Assembly: GCA_002633005.1 (NCBI GenBank)
Contig: NMRA01000795.1
Span: 2,328-66,327, forward strand
DNA: 64,000 bases
Direction of reading: 5' to 3'
From: Phoronis australis
Lineage: Eukaryota; Animalia; Phoronida
Made by a program: the position numbers and the translations under genes. The notes under the pieces were generated by a model. That model had not been told where the DNA came from. It made no database searches and saw only the letters and a list, made by a program, of their open reading frames with translations. Shown one piece after another: positions 63,183-64,000 of the stretch (position 1 is its first letter; each line of letters starts with the position of its first letter).

Positions 63183-64000
63183 CAATAGCATTCATACGAC
63201 GAACTTAGATATCATAAATTAGTAAGAAATAAGCTACAGTCTTGTTCAAATAAACTAAACCAACATCAATGCAGTAAGAGCGATCAACAAAGGAACAGCG
63301 CTATCAGAAAATCTCGATGAATTCAAAAAGTAGACGTCCTAGCGAAAAATGGAAAACATCTTCTGAAAGCCCGTTCCAATCTCTATCTAAATTGATAGTT
63401 TCGCAACATTTCATAATTTTTTCGAAAAAATTGAAATTTTGCATTTTTTTGAAATTCAAAGTCAAATAACTCGAAAACAGTAAGTCTGTGAAAACCGTTA
63501 TCGCAGAACTTTTGAAAGAGCATACTTCAAGGAATCCACATGCAAATATTCACGTCATTTGCTCTTCCCGTTAAAAAGGCGACAGCAGAACGATTGAAAA
63601 TGGGTGAAAATGCACCAGAGCCGCCATCTTGAAAGTGACTTCCGATTAAACAAAATTTTATAAAAGCTGATCAATACCAAAAAACACGTGATCAGTTTGA
63701 AAGTGATTGATTCGCCAATGCGCCCTCTACAGAAGAAAATGTTTTTGGCCAGATATCGAGATGCGCATGCGCCATTGTCAATATTTACGCCATCTTTAAC
63801 CGGAAGACAACGTTTTTCAGCACAGTTGTAGCACATGTGTTCTATAATAATCGTATCAAGTTTCAGCTCTGTATGTCAAAAAATGCGGCCTCTATGAGCA
63901 TTTGAATGTGAAATCGGAAACAAAATGGCCGCCACTTCCGCCATTTTGAATCCGATCGTGACCAAAAGCAATAGGCTTCCAGGACTTTCTGATCTACACG

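Overview
This is intron-rich, AT-rich metazoan genomic DNA, not prokaryotic. Gene structure and repeat types suggest a marine invertebrate (inference). I reconstructed five spliced genes by hand from splice sites and exon phases: DECR1 (-), ERAL1 (+), a plant-pectin-acetylesterase/Notum-family hydrolase (-), IFT20 (+) and HPD (-, first exon unresolved). There is also a possible terminal exon of a sixth gene near 2.6-2.8 kb. Introns hold many non-autonomous transposons: hAT-like MITEs with 5- and 6-bp TSDs, TA- and TTAA-flanked MITEs, Helentron/DINE-like elements and a Penelope-like remnant with hammerhead-like motifs. The most notable observations are: (1) the DECR1 and ERAL1 start codons are only 41 bp apart; (2) a ~255-bp repeat unit couples a tRNA-like A/B-box module to a CTCF-like motif; (3) a 1.28-kb tandem duplication with 8-bp microhomology duplicates one 82-nt coding exon; (4) the best HPD first-exon candidate ends in TTG, not ATG. 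Most ORFs in the supplied track are intronic noise. No database searches were run.
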